The notes under the pieces: model-generated
Told to the model about the DNA's origin: nothing
Seen by the model: the letters and a program-made list of their open reading frames with translations, nothing else
The model's database searches: none
Program-made: the position numbers and the translations under genes
NCBI RefSeq assembly: GCF_006345805.1
Contig: NC_043015.1
Location: 48,856,001-48,920,000, forward strand
Reading direction: 5' to 3'
From: Octopus sinensis
Lineage: Eukaryota
DNA: 64,000 bases
Shown: in pieces, positions 53,006 through 64,000 of the stretch
How positions within the stretch are numbered: position 1 is the stretch's first letter
How the letters are laid out: every line of letters begins with the position of its first letter

Positions 53006-54176
53006 CATCTTTGTCCCCACCACCACCACCACTTGTCAATCAGTGTTGTTGGTGTGTTTATGGCCCCATGACATAGCAGTTCTGCAAAAGGGATTGATAA
53101 AGTGCCAGGCTGAAAAATATTAAAAAAACTGGGGTCGATTCATTTGACTAAAGATTCTTCAAGGTGGTGCCCCAGCATGGGCGTAGTCTAATGACTGAAT
53201 CTACAAAGGTAATGGTGGATGAGAGTTTATTAACCTGTAAAGGTATGTGGCTCAGTAGTTAGGGTGTTGGGCTCACAGTCATGAGGTTGTAGGTTCATTT
53301 CCTGGGCTGGACAGTGGATTGTCTCTGAGCAAGGTACTTCACTTCCAGCCCTACCCAGCTGAAACAAGTACCCTCTTGTTTCAGCTGGTGCAGCCCTTTC
53401 AGCCCTCCCTACCCTGTCACATTCTGGGTGGATGGGAGTGGTCTATGTTTGCCCATGGTTAAATAGGTGGGTCCTAAAGCAATTTGTAAGTGTGACTCAG
53501 ACTCTGCATAGAGATGATGAGGGTGTTATTAGGAAAAATATTTAATTTGGAAAGTTCTAACTCCATCTCATATAGAATGACCACAAATATTCTCATGGGG
53601 AATGGTTTAGCCTTTTTGATACCAAAGTGCCAGAGACTGCCCCTGGTTCCATAATATAAACTTCCGATTTTAAATTGATCTAAATTAAAACTTTTCCTCA
53701 AAATTCCATGTTAAATTATATCCTTTACACCAGCTTAATAATGACAAAATTATTTTACTAAATTCTTCCTTATTCCCAAAATTAATAACAAAAGGGTTAA
53801 GGCAATTTAAATTAAAACTTTCCCTCAAAATTCCTTGTTAATTTAAATTCCGTACACCAACTTAATGACAAAATTATTTTACTAAATTCTTCCTTATTCC
53901 CAAAATTAATAACAAAAGGGTTAAGGCAATTTAAATTAAAACTTTCCCTCAAAATTCCTTGTTAATTTAAATTCCGTACACCAACTTAATGACAAAATCA
54001 TTTTATTAAATTCATTATTCTCAAAATTAATGAAAACAAAAGCTGTGTTTTCCAAAAGAAATATAGTAATGAAAGGGTTAAAAATTTATGTTTTATGATT
54101 TTTGTAGTGTTAGTAATTTTTCCTTAATTGATTTTAGTTTTTCCTAACATTTGAAAAACTGAAGAAAATTTATTAA
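32840..54176 (+). CDS. SLC25A30: Mitochondrial carrier KMCP1/UCP5-like (SLC25A30/SLC25A14), 10 coding exons, 876 nt, 291 aa
   Basis: join(32840-32897,36895-37042,39181-39275,42325-42410,44240-44335,44794-44918,47047-47107,51421-51507,52726-52806,54138-54176); all introns GT-AG and phases consistent; three carrier signatures [30 protein letters not shown]; runs [14 protein letters not shown] to [10 protein letters not shown]. Confidence 0.95.
33142..33552. mobile_element. hAT-type MITE in carrier intron 1
   Basis: Same TIRs as 1351-1758; 8-bp TSD CTGTTCTG at 33134-33141 and 33553-33560. Confidence 0.9.
33866..34425. repeat. Compound (TG)n(TA)n microsatellite array
   Basis: Directly visible; source of the CVYI ORFs. 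Confidence 0.95.
36895..37042 (+). CDS. SLC25A30: Carrier coding exon 2
   Basis: [16 protein letters not shown]...[23 protein letters not shown]. Confidence 0.95.
37537..37934 (+). mobile_element. SINE family A copy
   Basis: Full head to tail similarity with the other copies. Confidence 0.85.
39181..39275 (+). CDS. SLC25A30: Carrier coding exon 3
   Basis: [31 protein letters not shown]. Confidence 0.95.
39725..40325 (-). mobile_element. SINE family B with a triplicated body
   Basis: Same internal junction as 21228-21790, at ~39915 and ~40095. Confidence 0.8.
42325..42410 (+). CDS. SLC25A30: Carrier coding exon 4
   Basis: [28 protein letters not shown]. Confidence 0.95.
43428..44170 (+). 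mobile_element. Head-to-tail trimer of a ~250-bp tRNA-derived SINE
   Basis: Units at 43428, 43678 and 43920, each with a TGGCTTAGTGG A box and a TTCGATTCC B box. Confidence 0.85.
44240..44335 (+). CDS. SLC25A30: Carrier coding exon 5
   Basis: [32 protein letters not shown]. Confidence 0.95.
44794..44918 (+). CDS. SLC25A30: Carrier coding exon 6
   Basis: [28 protein letters not shown]...THF. Confidence 0.95.
46395..46940 (-). mobile_element. Penelope-like element 3' remnant (GIY-YIG tail plus hammerhead at 46473-46518)
   Basis: [42 protein letters not shown]; downstream gacac CTGATGA A GGCTG [10 nt] CAGCC AAAA CG TA gtgtt. Confidence 0.8.
47047..47107 (+). CDS. SLC25A30: Carrier coding exon 7
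   Basis: [20 protein letters not shown]. Confidence 0.95.
47510..48945. repeat. ~690-bp tandem duplication plus 57-bp third partial copy, inside a (TA)n tract
   Basis: ATAAGAATGAATGTTTTT recurs at 47510, 48200 and 48889; the two units are nearly identical. Confidence 0.9.
49942..50332. mobile_element. Insertion with ~50-bp terminal inverted repeats inside the TA tract of a family A SINE
   Basis: 49942-49995 is the reverse complement of 50283-50332; host SINE halves at 49769-49940 and ~50410-50635. Confidence 0.65.
51421..51507 (+). CDS. SLC25A30: Carrier coding exon 8
   Basis: [29 protein letters not shown]. Confidence 0.95.
51596..51988 (+). mobile_element. SINE family A copy
   Basis: Full-length similarity with the other copies. 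Confidence 0.85.
52726..52806 (+). CDS. SLC25A30: Carrier coding exon 9
   Basis: [27 protein letters not shown]. Confidence 0.95.
52807..54137 (+). other. U12-type (minor spliceosome) GT-AG intron
   Basis: Donor GTATCCTT; branch site TTTTTCCTTAAT at 54117-54128, about 10 nt from the AG; no long pyrimidine tract. Confidence 0.9.
54138..54176 (+). CDS. SLC25A30: Carrier coding exon 10 (terminal)
   Basis: [12 protein letters not shown]. Confidence 0.92.
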   Translation, partial: FFLTFEKLKKIY

Positions 54177-55097
54177 TTGGACTTTAGAAGAAATGAACAA
54201 AGACATGTCTGATTTTCACGAATCTCAACAAGTTTGTAATCAGCATCCAAGATTATGAACAAAGCAATACAACATATCTATTTTCATTTGAACATATTTC
54301 TAGAATCTCACAATATTTTTCAGAAATTCAGGTTTTTTTTAATTTATTTTTTCACTTCATTTTTCAAGCAGTTTTTTGTCAAACGGTCAAGTTCACTTTT
54401 GATGCTTACGAGTTCAGCTTTTTGTTATTGTGGAGTTTTGCAATTCTTGCCGCCAAATACCAACGTTATGATGTAAGCCGATGTCTTTTACAGTACGTAG
54501 CATACATGGATTGATAAATATGATTGATTTACTGGATAATGTCATTTCTTTCTACATTCACCTCATCATTCAAACAAACATTTTCAAATGTTGCCATCAA
54601 TTTCTTCCTTAAACTTCGTTAAGCCCAATAATCCCACCTGTCTTGTTACCTCATTTGTACCTGCCTCAGCAAAATTCTGTCACATTGCACTTCCATCAAT
54701 GTCTCCTTCATTCATCCTACACTTTATCGTCACCGTAAAAGTCGATTCCTTTTACACCATCATTCTTCATGACATCAGTCTCAAAGTTCTTTATTTGACC
54801 CCTGCACTGCACTCAATCCCTCCACTGTCACATCACTGATCTTCCCATCTCTAAATGCTCCTCTTTCTCTCAAAGAGAACGAACAAAACCGTATTTAGCT
54901 TCCTGTAATTTTCATGAACCTCAACTAGTCATGCTCTGAGATTAATGAACAAAGCAATACATCATATCTATTTTCATTTGAACATATTTCTAGAAATTCT
55001 ACCAACATGTGAGTGGAGTAGACATGGAGTGTCAGATAGGTTCCAATTAAACTTTGTTTTAGACCTCACTGAAACTCAAATTTGCCCCCCTGTTTAA

Positions 55098-55308
55098 CCC
55101 TTTAGTGTTTGCATTATTCTACTAAAATTAATCCTTTTTCATCCACTTTGTTTTGAACTAATTATGCATTATCTTGTAGCTATGAGATTTTGATGAGGTA
55201 GCTGTTAATTTTTAAAACGATATTGTAGGATTGGTGTGAGAGACCTGATCTGGCCAGTTTGAACATAAAACAGGCAGAATACTTTTGGCCGGTTTAAATG
55301 TTAAAGGG
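55098..55308. mobile_element. piggyBac-type MITE (TTAA TSD)
   Basis: TTAA|CCCTTTAG...TTAAAGGG|TTAA; related copies near 7625-7841, 16461-16940, 32438-32664 and 46015-46236. Confidence 0.75.
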
Positions 55309-58300
55309 TTAAGCAAACCCCTAAACTGCTACACCAGTAATAGTATCAATGCCACTTCACCCCCTTTTTTTTTCTTTAATGTCTTTCATCTGCACAATTC
55401 ACCATCATTACTTCCAATTTCTTAACACCCCCGACATTTCTGCCTTTATCCACATCATCCATCTCTCCACACTACAGATCAACAAACTCTTGTTTTTGTC
55501 TCGACTAAGTTTCCTTCTTAACACTTTCATCACTCAATCTGCTTTCCCTTTTCACATTTTCTTTGGTTCCATTGCTTTTTACAGTCAGGACACCAGTTTT
55601 AATTATTTAATCAAAGCAAATGCATCCATTTTGCCTATCAAAGTTACCCTGTACAAATTGTGAATGTAGACAAATTACACCCTTGCTTTTATTGTATTAT
55701 AATGTATCTCGTTAAGTTGATTTATTAGTTAAGAAATATAACCATTTTAGGATGATTTAAATTTAATGAAGTACTCTTGAATTATGAAATTTTGCTCTAA
55801 AATTACTTCTGGCTTCTTGCTGTAAAATTCTTTTCCAAATTCCTTTAATTAAAAACAGTTTTTTAATTTACTTCTAAGTTAAAATGGCTTCTCTGAACTG
55901 TGATAGAAAAATAATTTAATCCTTTTGATACCCCCTCACCTGAGATCGTTTCTTGTTCTATGTTTCAAGCTTTGTTTTAAAAAAATTCTTAAAACCCTCC
56001 CCTTGATTTCATGTTAATTTATCTTCCAAAGCTCCAATTTATTTTCAAAATTAATTTGAACAAAAGGCAGCCAATGTGTTTCAGTGAAAATATAGTAAGA
56101 GTGGAGGTACGTGGCTCATTGGTTGAACTTCTGATTGAAAGCTTCATCGTTATCATTCTTTAACGTCCGTTTTGGATGATGAAGAATTTTTCAATTGTAA
56201 GTCCAACACCCTAACCACTAAGTCATGTGCCTGGTGATGTATTGTGTTCTTGAGCAAGGCCTTTCATTTCATATTGCTCCAGTCCGCTTGGCTGGCAAAG
56301 ACAAGTAATCCTGTGACAGACCATCCCATGCAAGAGGGGAATAAATATATACGACAGAAACTGGCCCTAGGGATCTATCCATATGATTCTGGAAAGATCC
56401 TTTATCCATTTTTGTATGGTAACAACAGGATCAGTTCAGAGTAAAACATTTGTCCAGAAACTAATATGGTCTGGCAGCAGTCGAAGAAGATTGGTTTTTA
56501 GCTTTGTCTTCCTCTTATCTGTTTGGATAAGTATTTTGGATCTCACTGTATTTGTACTCGTTTTCTTTATACACCTAAATCATACAAGTAACTATTTAAG
56601 ATGTAATCTCAGCCAGTAAGTATACTGTTAAGTGTCCATAAATATTAACCTGATGTAGGTCTTAAGTTGTGAAAGATTTTGCTTTTTGTCTTCTAGAATA
56701 TAACATCATAAAAGAACAGATTTCCATCTGTTTATAGAGGGTAGAAGGGGAAGATAACATATCTTTATAAGGCAAAGAGAAAAAGTTGAGAGAGAGAGTA
56801 TGTGATAATTACTATGGCGACAACAATACCTAACAAGTTTTGATTAAATGCATGATTGTGAGTGAGTCTGTCAACACAACGCAACACAGACCTAAAAAAA
56901 AATATCTAAAATACAGTTATCTTTTGAGTTGTTTGTGTCAACATATAGACAACACTGACTTTAAAAAGGACTTCACTATAATGACTTGTTGAGTGTGTGA
57001 AAGATAGAATTAAAATTTGTTTCAAGAAAGAAAAAACAGGTTCTTATTGAGCATATCAATGTGATCGCTGTTGTAGGCTTCTGAAGGAGATGTATTTCAT
57101 GTTGATTAGGTTGTTACCCGGCAGCGTAGTGACAGGTTACGACTGGTAATTTATAAGAATTTAAAAAATTAGCTAGTTTAATCCCTTAACATAATAAAGG
57201 ACCAATAAACTTAATTGTTGGTTTACTTGGCATCAACATGAATTCTGACAATTGGTTATCAGTGACTAGAAAGAAATCAAGACTTATAATGTTTAATATA
57301 TATAAAACATTTATTTCTCTGAGGTTTACATTTGCTTTTGTTAAAGAAAGCAAATTCTTGAAAGTTCTTAGCAGTTTTACAATCACTTATGCCAACTGAT
57401 AGCGTTACCATTCTTTCAATTCCTAAATCCATCAGGACGAGGTAGTTGAAGTGGTTTTGTGAGTTATGGATAGCAGAAAACTGCCAAAATATAGTGTTTT
57501 TTTTGCCCAATTATCTTAAATGGAAATGAAGTTCTAGTTCAGTTCCTCTTCCACCCCCTCCAACGATAGAATCAATAAAGAACATCTCCAAAAGTAAATA
57601 GATCAATGTGAGTAAAATTTTGATTAATTTCCAATAAAACATATTTCAATGAATGAAGGCAGATATAATTTAACAATAACCCTGCAAAGAAACTTGTAAC
57701 ATCCAGCTACAAAGTGATATCTTTATAGACAATTTCCTTTACATTTGAAGAGAAATATCGAAGATATTACTTGCTACTATTAAGGCAGCGAGCTGGCAGA
57801 ACCATTATTAGCAGACCAGACAAAATGCTCATTGGTATTTCTTCTGGCTTTATGTTCTGAGTTTGAATTCTGCCGAGGTCGACTTTGCCTTTTATCGTTT
57901 CAGGGTTGACAAAATATGTATCATTTAAGCACTGGGGGGGTGATTAAGGTAATTAACTTGCACCACCCCTCAAATGTTCAGGCCTCATACCTATAATAGA
58001 GAGGATTATTGTTTTGTGACTCTGGTCTCTATTGAATTAAATAGTTTACACTGCTTAGAGGGAGGCAAAAAATAAAAAGCATTATTTTGACGTTTATAAA
58101 AGAGAGGTTTTTTTTTTTTTATCGTGTGAGGATTGTTTTCTCTTTTTTTAATGCCTGTATAGAATCTGGCACGAAAAGAAATTTAAACTTTAACAAATAG
58201 TCTGCAACTGGTATTAAAGAGTCAAAAAAATTCCTGCTCTTAGTTTCTTCAATGGATGGAAAAGGCTTAAAATTTTATAAAAATCTTTTAAAAAATTATA

Positions 58301-58412
58301 ATTTAGAACATTTTAACAGATAAGTGGCATTGACTGCTGGAGATCATGAATGGCATTTCTTTAATTCTGGGTTCCAAAGGTAATCCATAGTTCTTTTTTG
58401 TTTGTTTTTTTT

Positions 58413-58597
58413 CTATGAGTGGATAGAATTAGCTTCTTTTTCAGACTTTTCCTTATTATTCAAAAGCTGGTCTTCTGGAGATTCATGCTGTTCAGTTTGA
58501 ATTTCTTTTAATTCTAAATCATGGTTGATTAGCATTGGTTCTCTGTAATCTTGTGGCTTAACAATGATTACATCGACATTGGACGATTTCACAGGAC
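58413..58597 (-). CDS. Probable terminal coding exon of an unidentified convergent gene
   Basis: Acceptor TTTTTCTTTCGTCTTGCTTTAG; 60-codon open frame PVKSSNVDVIIVKPQDYREPMLINHDLELKEIQTEQHESPEDQLLNNKEKSEKEANSIHS*. Confidence 0.45.
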
Positions 58598-60964
58598 CTA
58601 AAGCAAGACGAAAGAAAAATATTTAATATACAAATAATATAATTCCATACAGACAAACTTATAATGGAGAATTATCACGTCTGTAAATAATTTTATATTC
58701 TTACTTTCAATTGTTACAAGACAAGGAAATTATTGACCTCAATTACCTTATTCTTTACCTGACAATCAATCAGTTTAATATATTTCCTATTGATTTAACA
58801 GGTTCGTTAACTCTTATTTCAAGGGGCTCATTTCCATGAAACTAATTATATTTATTATATAATTATATTTATTAATAAAAGGTTTAAAATATGAACACTT
58901 TTTAAATGTTTTGTATTTTCCAAGTTGAATGATTTTTGTTCAGATAAATACGAGTGTGATCGTTGACAGAGCGGCTATTCGAGTATGATCATTACCAGTG
59001 TCGCCTTACTGGCACTCATGCCTGTGCTAGTAGGGTGCCAAGAGCACAATCCGAATGGGATCGTTTGCCAGAGCAACCAACTGGCTTCTGTACCTGTGGC
59101 ACGTAAAAGGGCACCATTCGAGCTTGATCGTTACCAACGTCGCTTCACTGGCACCTGTGTCGGTGGCACATGTAAAAAGATTTGAGCGACTGGCCCCTGT
59201 GCTGGTGACACGTAAAAAGCACCCACTACACTCTTGGAGTGGTTGGTGTTAGGAAGGGCATCCAGCTGTAGAAACTCTACCAGATCAAGATTGGAGACTG
59301 GTGCAGCCATCTAGTTTGCCAGTCCTCAGTCAGAATCGTCCAGCCCATGCTAGCATGGAAAGTGGACGTTAAACGATGATGACAAATATTGTTACTGTAA
59401 AGATTCTTTATTTTTACAATAAGGCAGAATTATTACTAGCAGCATTTCTTCCAGCTTCTGTACTGAGTCCAAATGCCACCTCCCTCAAAATTTCAGGCCC
59501 TCTGTCGATATCAGACAGCATTATAAAGGCAGTGAGCTGGTAGAATCATTAGCATCCTGGAAGGCGGCAAGCTGGCAGAAACGTTAGCATGCTGGACAAA
59601 ATGCTTAATGTTATTTCGTTTGCCATTATGTTCTGGGTTCAAATTCCGCCGAGGTCGACTTTGCCTTTCATCCTTTCGGGGTCGATATAATCGACTTAAT
59701 CCATTTGTCGGTCTTTGTTTGTCCCCTCTATGTTTAGCCCTTTGTGGGTAATAAAGAAATAAGAAACGTCAGCACACTTGCGAAATGCCGAGCTGGCAGA
59801 ACCGTTAGCGTGCCGGGCAAAATGCCTTGTGGTATTTCGTTTGCCGTTACATTCTGAGTTCAAATTCCGCCAAGGTCGACTTTGCCTTTCATCCTTTCGG
59901 GGTCGATAAATTAAGTACTAGTTACACACAGGGGTCGATGTAATCGGCTTAATCCCTTTGCCTGTCCTTGTTTGTCTCCTCTATGTTTAGCCCCTTGTGG
60001 GCAATAAAGAAATAAGAATCATTAGAATCCTGGAAAAAATGCTTAACATTTCATTAGTCTATATGTTCTGAGTTCAAATTCTGCCATGGTCAACTTTACC
60101 TTGCATCCTTTCAGGGTTAATGAAAGAAGCACCAGTTGAGCATTAGAGATAATGTTATCAACCAGACCCCTTCCTCACAAATTTCAGCCTTGTGTCCATA
60201 ATGAAAAGGAATTGTTACTTTGCCAGACAAAATGCACATCATTTTTTCTGGCTCCCTATAGTCTTTACTCCTATTTTCTCTTTCTACTATGGTGAACCCC
60301 TTTCTTGACCTACAGCTGTTTTCTGTCCCATCTTTTGACCTTTTCCTATGAATTACCGTATACCAGGGCACTGTATTCAATGAACTCTTTATTGGCACGT
60401 AAAAAGCAACAACCAATCGTGGCCGTTGCCAGTCTCCCCTGGCACCTGTGCCAGTGCCACGTAAAAAGCACCCACTACACTCACGGAGTGGTTGGTGTTA
60501 GGAAGGGCACCCAGCTGTAGAAACACTGCCAGATCAGACTGGTGCCTGGTGCAACCTCCTGGCTTCCTAGACCCCCAGTTGAACCGTCCAACCCATGCTA
60601 GCATGGAAAACGGACGTTAAACGATGATGAAGTTGGTGGACTGACAAAATTGTTAGACTGTTAGAGAAATGCTTAGAGACATTTCTTCTTGCTTTACGTT
60701 CTGAGTTCAACTGTTGCTAAGGTCAAGTTTTCCTCTCATTTTTTCTTCTTTTCAGGGTTCTACACAAAATTCCTATATATTCTGCCAACAATTCCAAGAT
60801 CTAGCAATACAGTAATGTATTTCATTTGTAAGATCTCTAATATCAAATACCCTGAACAGTCAGTGTATGGCCGAAGATCATCAAAACTCACCCTTCCCCC
60901 TGTTCCATTTTATTTTTTAATTAAGGTTAATATAAATTCATGAGTTATCTCCCCTGTCTTTCTC

Positions 60965-61428
60965 AACATGCGTCTCCATCTTTCCTTTTACTCGAAAATA
61001 CCCTCTTCCCAGAATTGAGGTGGTTTCATGGCAAAGAATTCATCAAGGTATCTTTTTATGTCATTCAAGGAATTGAAATTTTTACCATTAAGACTATTCT
61101 ACAGAGACCTGAATAAGTGGAAATCCAAAGGAGCAACATCTGGTGAATATGGAGGGTGGGGTAACACATCCCAGCCAAGCTGCTGCAATTTTTGTCTGGT
61201 TCCCAAAGCATCAAGTGCCGAAAATGAACTTTCTTATCTTCCATTTTAAAGGGTTACAGAATTAACACAGGTTATAGAAACATAAATCTTCTTCCACGAA
61301 AAGATAGCTTAAACTATACTCTAAATGGAGGTGTAGTCAAATCCTATTTTATGGACTCAACCACGTTCTAAAATAAGTCGAAAGGTAAGCTGCTATAAAT
61401 CGGCAAGAACTTTCCGGACAACCCAATA
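60965..61428 (-). mobile_element. Internally deleted mariner element
   Basis: TRQKLQQLGWDVLPHPPYSPDVAPLDFHLFRSL*NSL...WEEGIF (YSPDLAP motif); TIR-like TATTGGGTTGTCCGGAAAGTTC. Confidence 0.85.
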
Positions 61429-62015
61429 TTCACTAATTAATAATTTTCAATAAATCATTTCTCAATTAACGTATTGGTGATCATTAGCATTTTGAAATTC
61501 ATTTACAAGTTAGAAAATAAAACAATAAAGAAACTTAATCAAAATGTGGTACTGTATTTTCTGGCATACAAACCAAATTTTTCAGACTGAAAATTTATGG
61601 TAGGTCAACACCAAGAGGACTTTGGAGGATCAAAAATTCCATGTGAAATGCAGTAGAATTAGGAAAGATACTGACAATGTTTGAACATTTGCACTATATA
61701 CTACATTGACTTGTGACTGCGTGACCAACCAGGCTATCAGATGTTGTTACACATCGCTGGTCACAATGCACTTTTTTCGTGGTTTAGCCTTCAAATGATG
61801 CAACCCTGCTAGCCAGGTATGCAGGCCAACATTCTCCACTGATCAAAAAGGGAACTGGAACAACATGAAATGAAGTGTTTTGCTTAAGAACACTATGCAC
61901 TGCCCAGTCAGGGGATTGAAACCACAATCTAGTGATCTGGGCACAAGCCTTTCCACATTGACTTGTATGCTGGAAAATACAGTAAATCAGAAATTAAATA
62001 AGCAAAAAGGTTTAC

Positions 62016-62091
62016 GATTTTCTTGTGGTGCCCTCATGTCTGTCAAAGAAACTGCAGCAAATTCATCAACTTGTGTAACAGCAGGAAGGGT
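62016..62091 (-). CDS. Probable internal exon of the same convergent gene
   Basis: Acceptor TTATTTTTCTTTACAG; TLPAVTQVDEFAAVSLTDMRAPQEN; phase-1 donor C|GTAAAC compatible with the 58597 exon. Confidence 0.4.
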
Positions 62092-63072
62092 CTGTAAAGA
62101 AAAATAAGAATTACAGTTCAATTGATATATTTCGAACAAAAAAAAAAAATCAGTTTTTACATGGACTAACGATAATTAAATCAATGAGGTTTATTTTACA
62201 TATTCAAAAAAAATATTTGCTAAAAAATATTCTAAATAAATCCCTTTTCTTCTCCCTTTTAAGCCTTGAGAATGTGAGTGCATGTGTGAATCTTTTGATC
62301 TGAAAAAAAGCAAGATTATTTTAAAAGTGCAAAACATGATTTTCTTTTTGTCTCCAAATATATTAAACAAAAGTTACTCCAGATTGTCATCAGTTTTCAC
62401 AACCCTGTTTCATCAAATTGTTAACCAATTCCTGCCTCAAATTAATATTGGTGACAATTATCGGTAAAAATTGGTTGGTTTAGGACTGTGATGACAAACA
62501 TGTAATGAACTTTGGAAAAAAAAGAGGAAAAAAATACAAATATTAGGTTATAAAAAGCTTATCAATAAATATTGACGTAAAAGTAAAGTACATGCATACA
62601 TGTATATAATACTCCAATATTTGGATTATCAAAGAAATGTTTGATATGCTGGACTAAAATCTTTGCCATCATTTATCTAAATCTACACCATCTAGTTTGT
62701 TAGTTACAATATATCCATTCACATGTGAATATATTTTTGCTTTAACTTAAACTAGATGCATCACATTATCATCTTTTAACAGGAACCCAATCAACAGTTT
62801 ACTTTCGACTCTCAACTAGAATGGTTTCAAATAGATTAATAATTCCCTTCAGAAAAAAAAACATGACTGTCACAAGTTTTTTTGGCATGAATGTGATTTC
62901 ATGCGTTATTCCAGTAATGATATTAAATATCTATAAAAAAACAAAACAAAAACAAACAGAACTGGTATTTCTTAACAGAAAATATTTCTAAACATGGCAT
63001 TCCTCAACAAAGACAGATAAGTATAGAAAAACTGCTTTCTGCAATTAAGGGCAATGAAATTTTGAGTAGATA

Positions 63073-63564
63073 CCATAAATCCTTGAGTATAATACGCAGG
63101 GGATTTTTAGGGGGCTATACCTCTGAAAAACCTAAACCATGTGTATAATACGCACCCCTTCTCTAACTTGAGTCAAAGAGGTCTATATAACGTCCTTGGT
63201 TTGTAAAAATGTATACGGTAATGTCCTTTATTATCATTGTATAAATAACAATGCAAATGTGTAGCATTTTTGAGCATTTTGTTTGAAGAAAATAAAGAAA
63301 TAACAGTAATAATGTTTAATAAATGTTGCTTACTGCAAGTTATGGATGATTCTTTTATGACTTCATTGCATTCAAGCTTAGCTTAAGGTATTTTTGCGTC
63401 CGACATCACAAAATGCATATGAATAAACATTGCTGGACAGCAAATTGGGACTCGGACATTGCTTAGAAAATATTTTTCATTTTTAACCTCATGTATAATA
63501 CGCATTAGGGATTTTGACCTCTAAATTTTTGGAAAAAAAATACGGATTATACTTGAGGATTTAC
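63073..63564. mobile_element. pogo/Tigger-like MITE
   Basis: TA|CCATAAATCCTTGAGTATAATACG ... CGGATTATACTTGAGGATTTA. Confidence 0.6.
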
Positions 63565-63589
63565 ATCTGATTTCTGTAGTCGAATCAAT

Positions 63590-63752
63590 ATCCAGGGCTT
63601 CATCACTCCTGAAGGAGGAAGCCTTCCACCACTGTTTGTCTCTGGCTAGTTGTAGCCATGTAGGGTCCAGGTAATCGGTAAGATCATCTTGCCATCTTGT
63701 CTTTGGTCAGTCTCTTGAACTTGTCCATTGTCTTGGCGTCCATTCCATCTGT
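63590..63752 (-). mobile_element. RTE-clade LINE 3' remnant
   Basis: MEWTPRQWTSSRD*PKTRWQDDL...WLQLARDKQWW resembles the RTE pattern RxRGRPxxRWxD...AxDRxxW. Confidence 0.7.
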
Positions 63753-64000
63753 TGACCTTTAGTCAAAGAGGTAAAGAATAATGGTGACAAAAGACAGAAA
63801 TCAAGAGAAGAATAGCGCTTGGTTGGGCAGCCCTTTGAGAAGGTGGTAAACCTCATGAAAAGTCTCAAGGTTTCCATGAAAGAACTTCGAAGAGTACATC
63901 CTACTAGCGGTGAAACATGGGCCCTCAACACTACCATCATGAATGCCCTCATTGTAACCCAATCTTACAAACAATAACTCTGAGCACCTTTTCGGACTCC

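Noticed and set aside
56383-57510. Further short minus-strand open frames as exons
   Set aside because: Weak splice signals, no consistent phase and no recognisable homology; more likely UTR or intergenic.

Overview
AT-rich, repeat-saturated animal genomic DNA; the SINE/microsatellite landscape strongly suggests an octopus or other coleoid cephalopod (inference). Two divergent protein-coding genes are well supported: an intracellular serpin whose whole CDS lies in one exon (- strand, 9285-10442), and a 10-coding-exon SLC25A30/SLC25A14 (KMCP1/UCP5)-like mitochondrial carrier (+ strand, 32840-54176, 291 aa) whose last intron is U12-type. Two probable terminal exons of a third, convergent gene lie at 58.4-62.1 kb. 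The rest is tRNA-derived SINEs, LINE, Penelope and mariner remnants, a solo LTR, and several MITE families. Most notable: (1) at least three unrelated families of minimal type-I hammerhead ribozyme motifs linked to Penelope-like repeats, including a 490-bp near-perfect palindrome just upstream of the serpin coding exon with one hammerhead in each arm; (2) an 8-bp-TSD hAT-type MITE that contains a copy of part of the carrier's first coding exon and intron from 10.5 kb away (Pack-TIR-like); (3) the U12 intron and a recursive-splice-like AG|GTAAG exon in the carrier gene. All alignments, translations and folds were done by eye; repeat boundaries are approximate.
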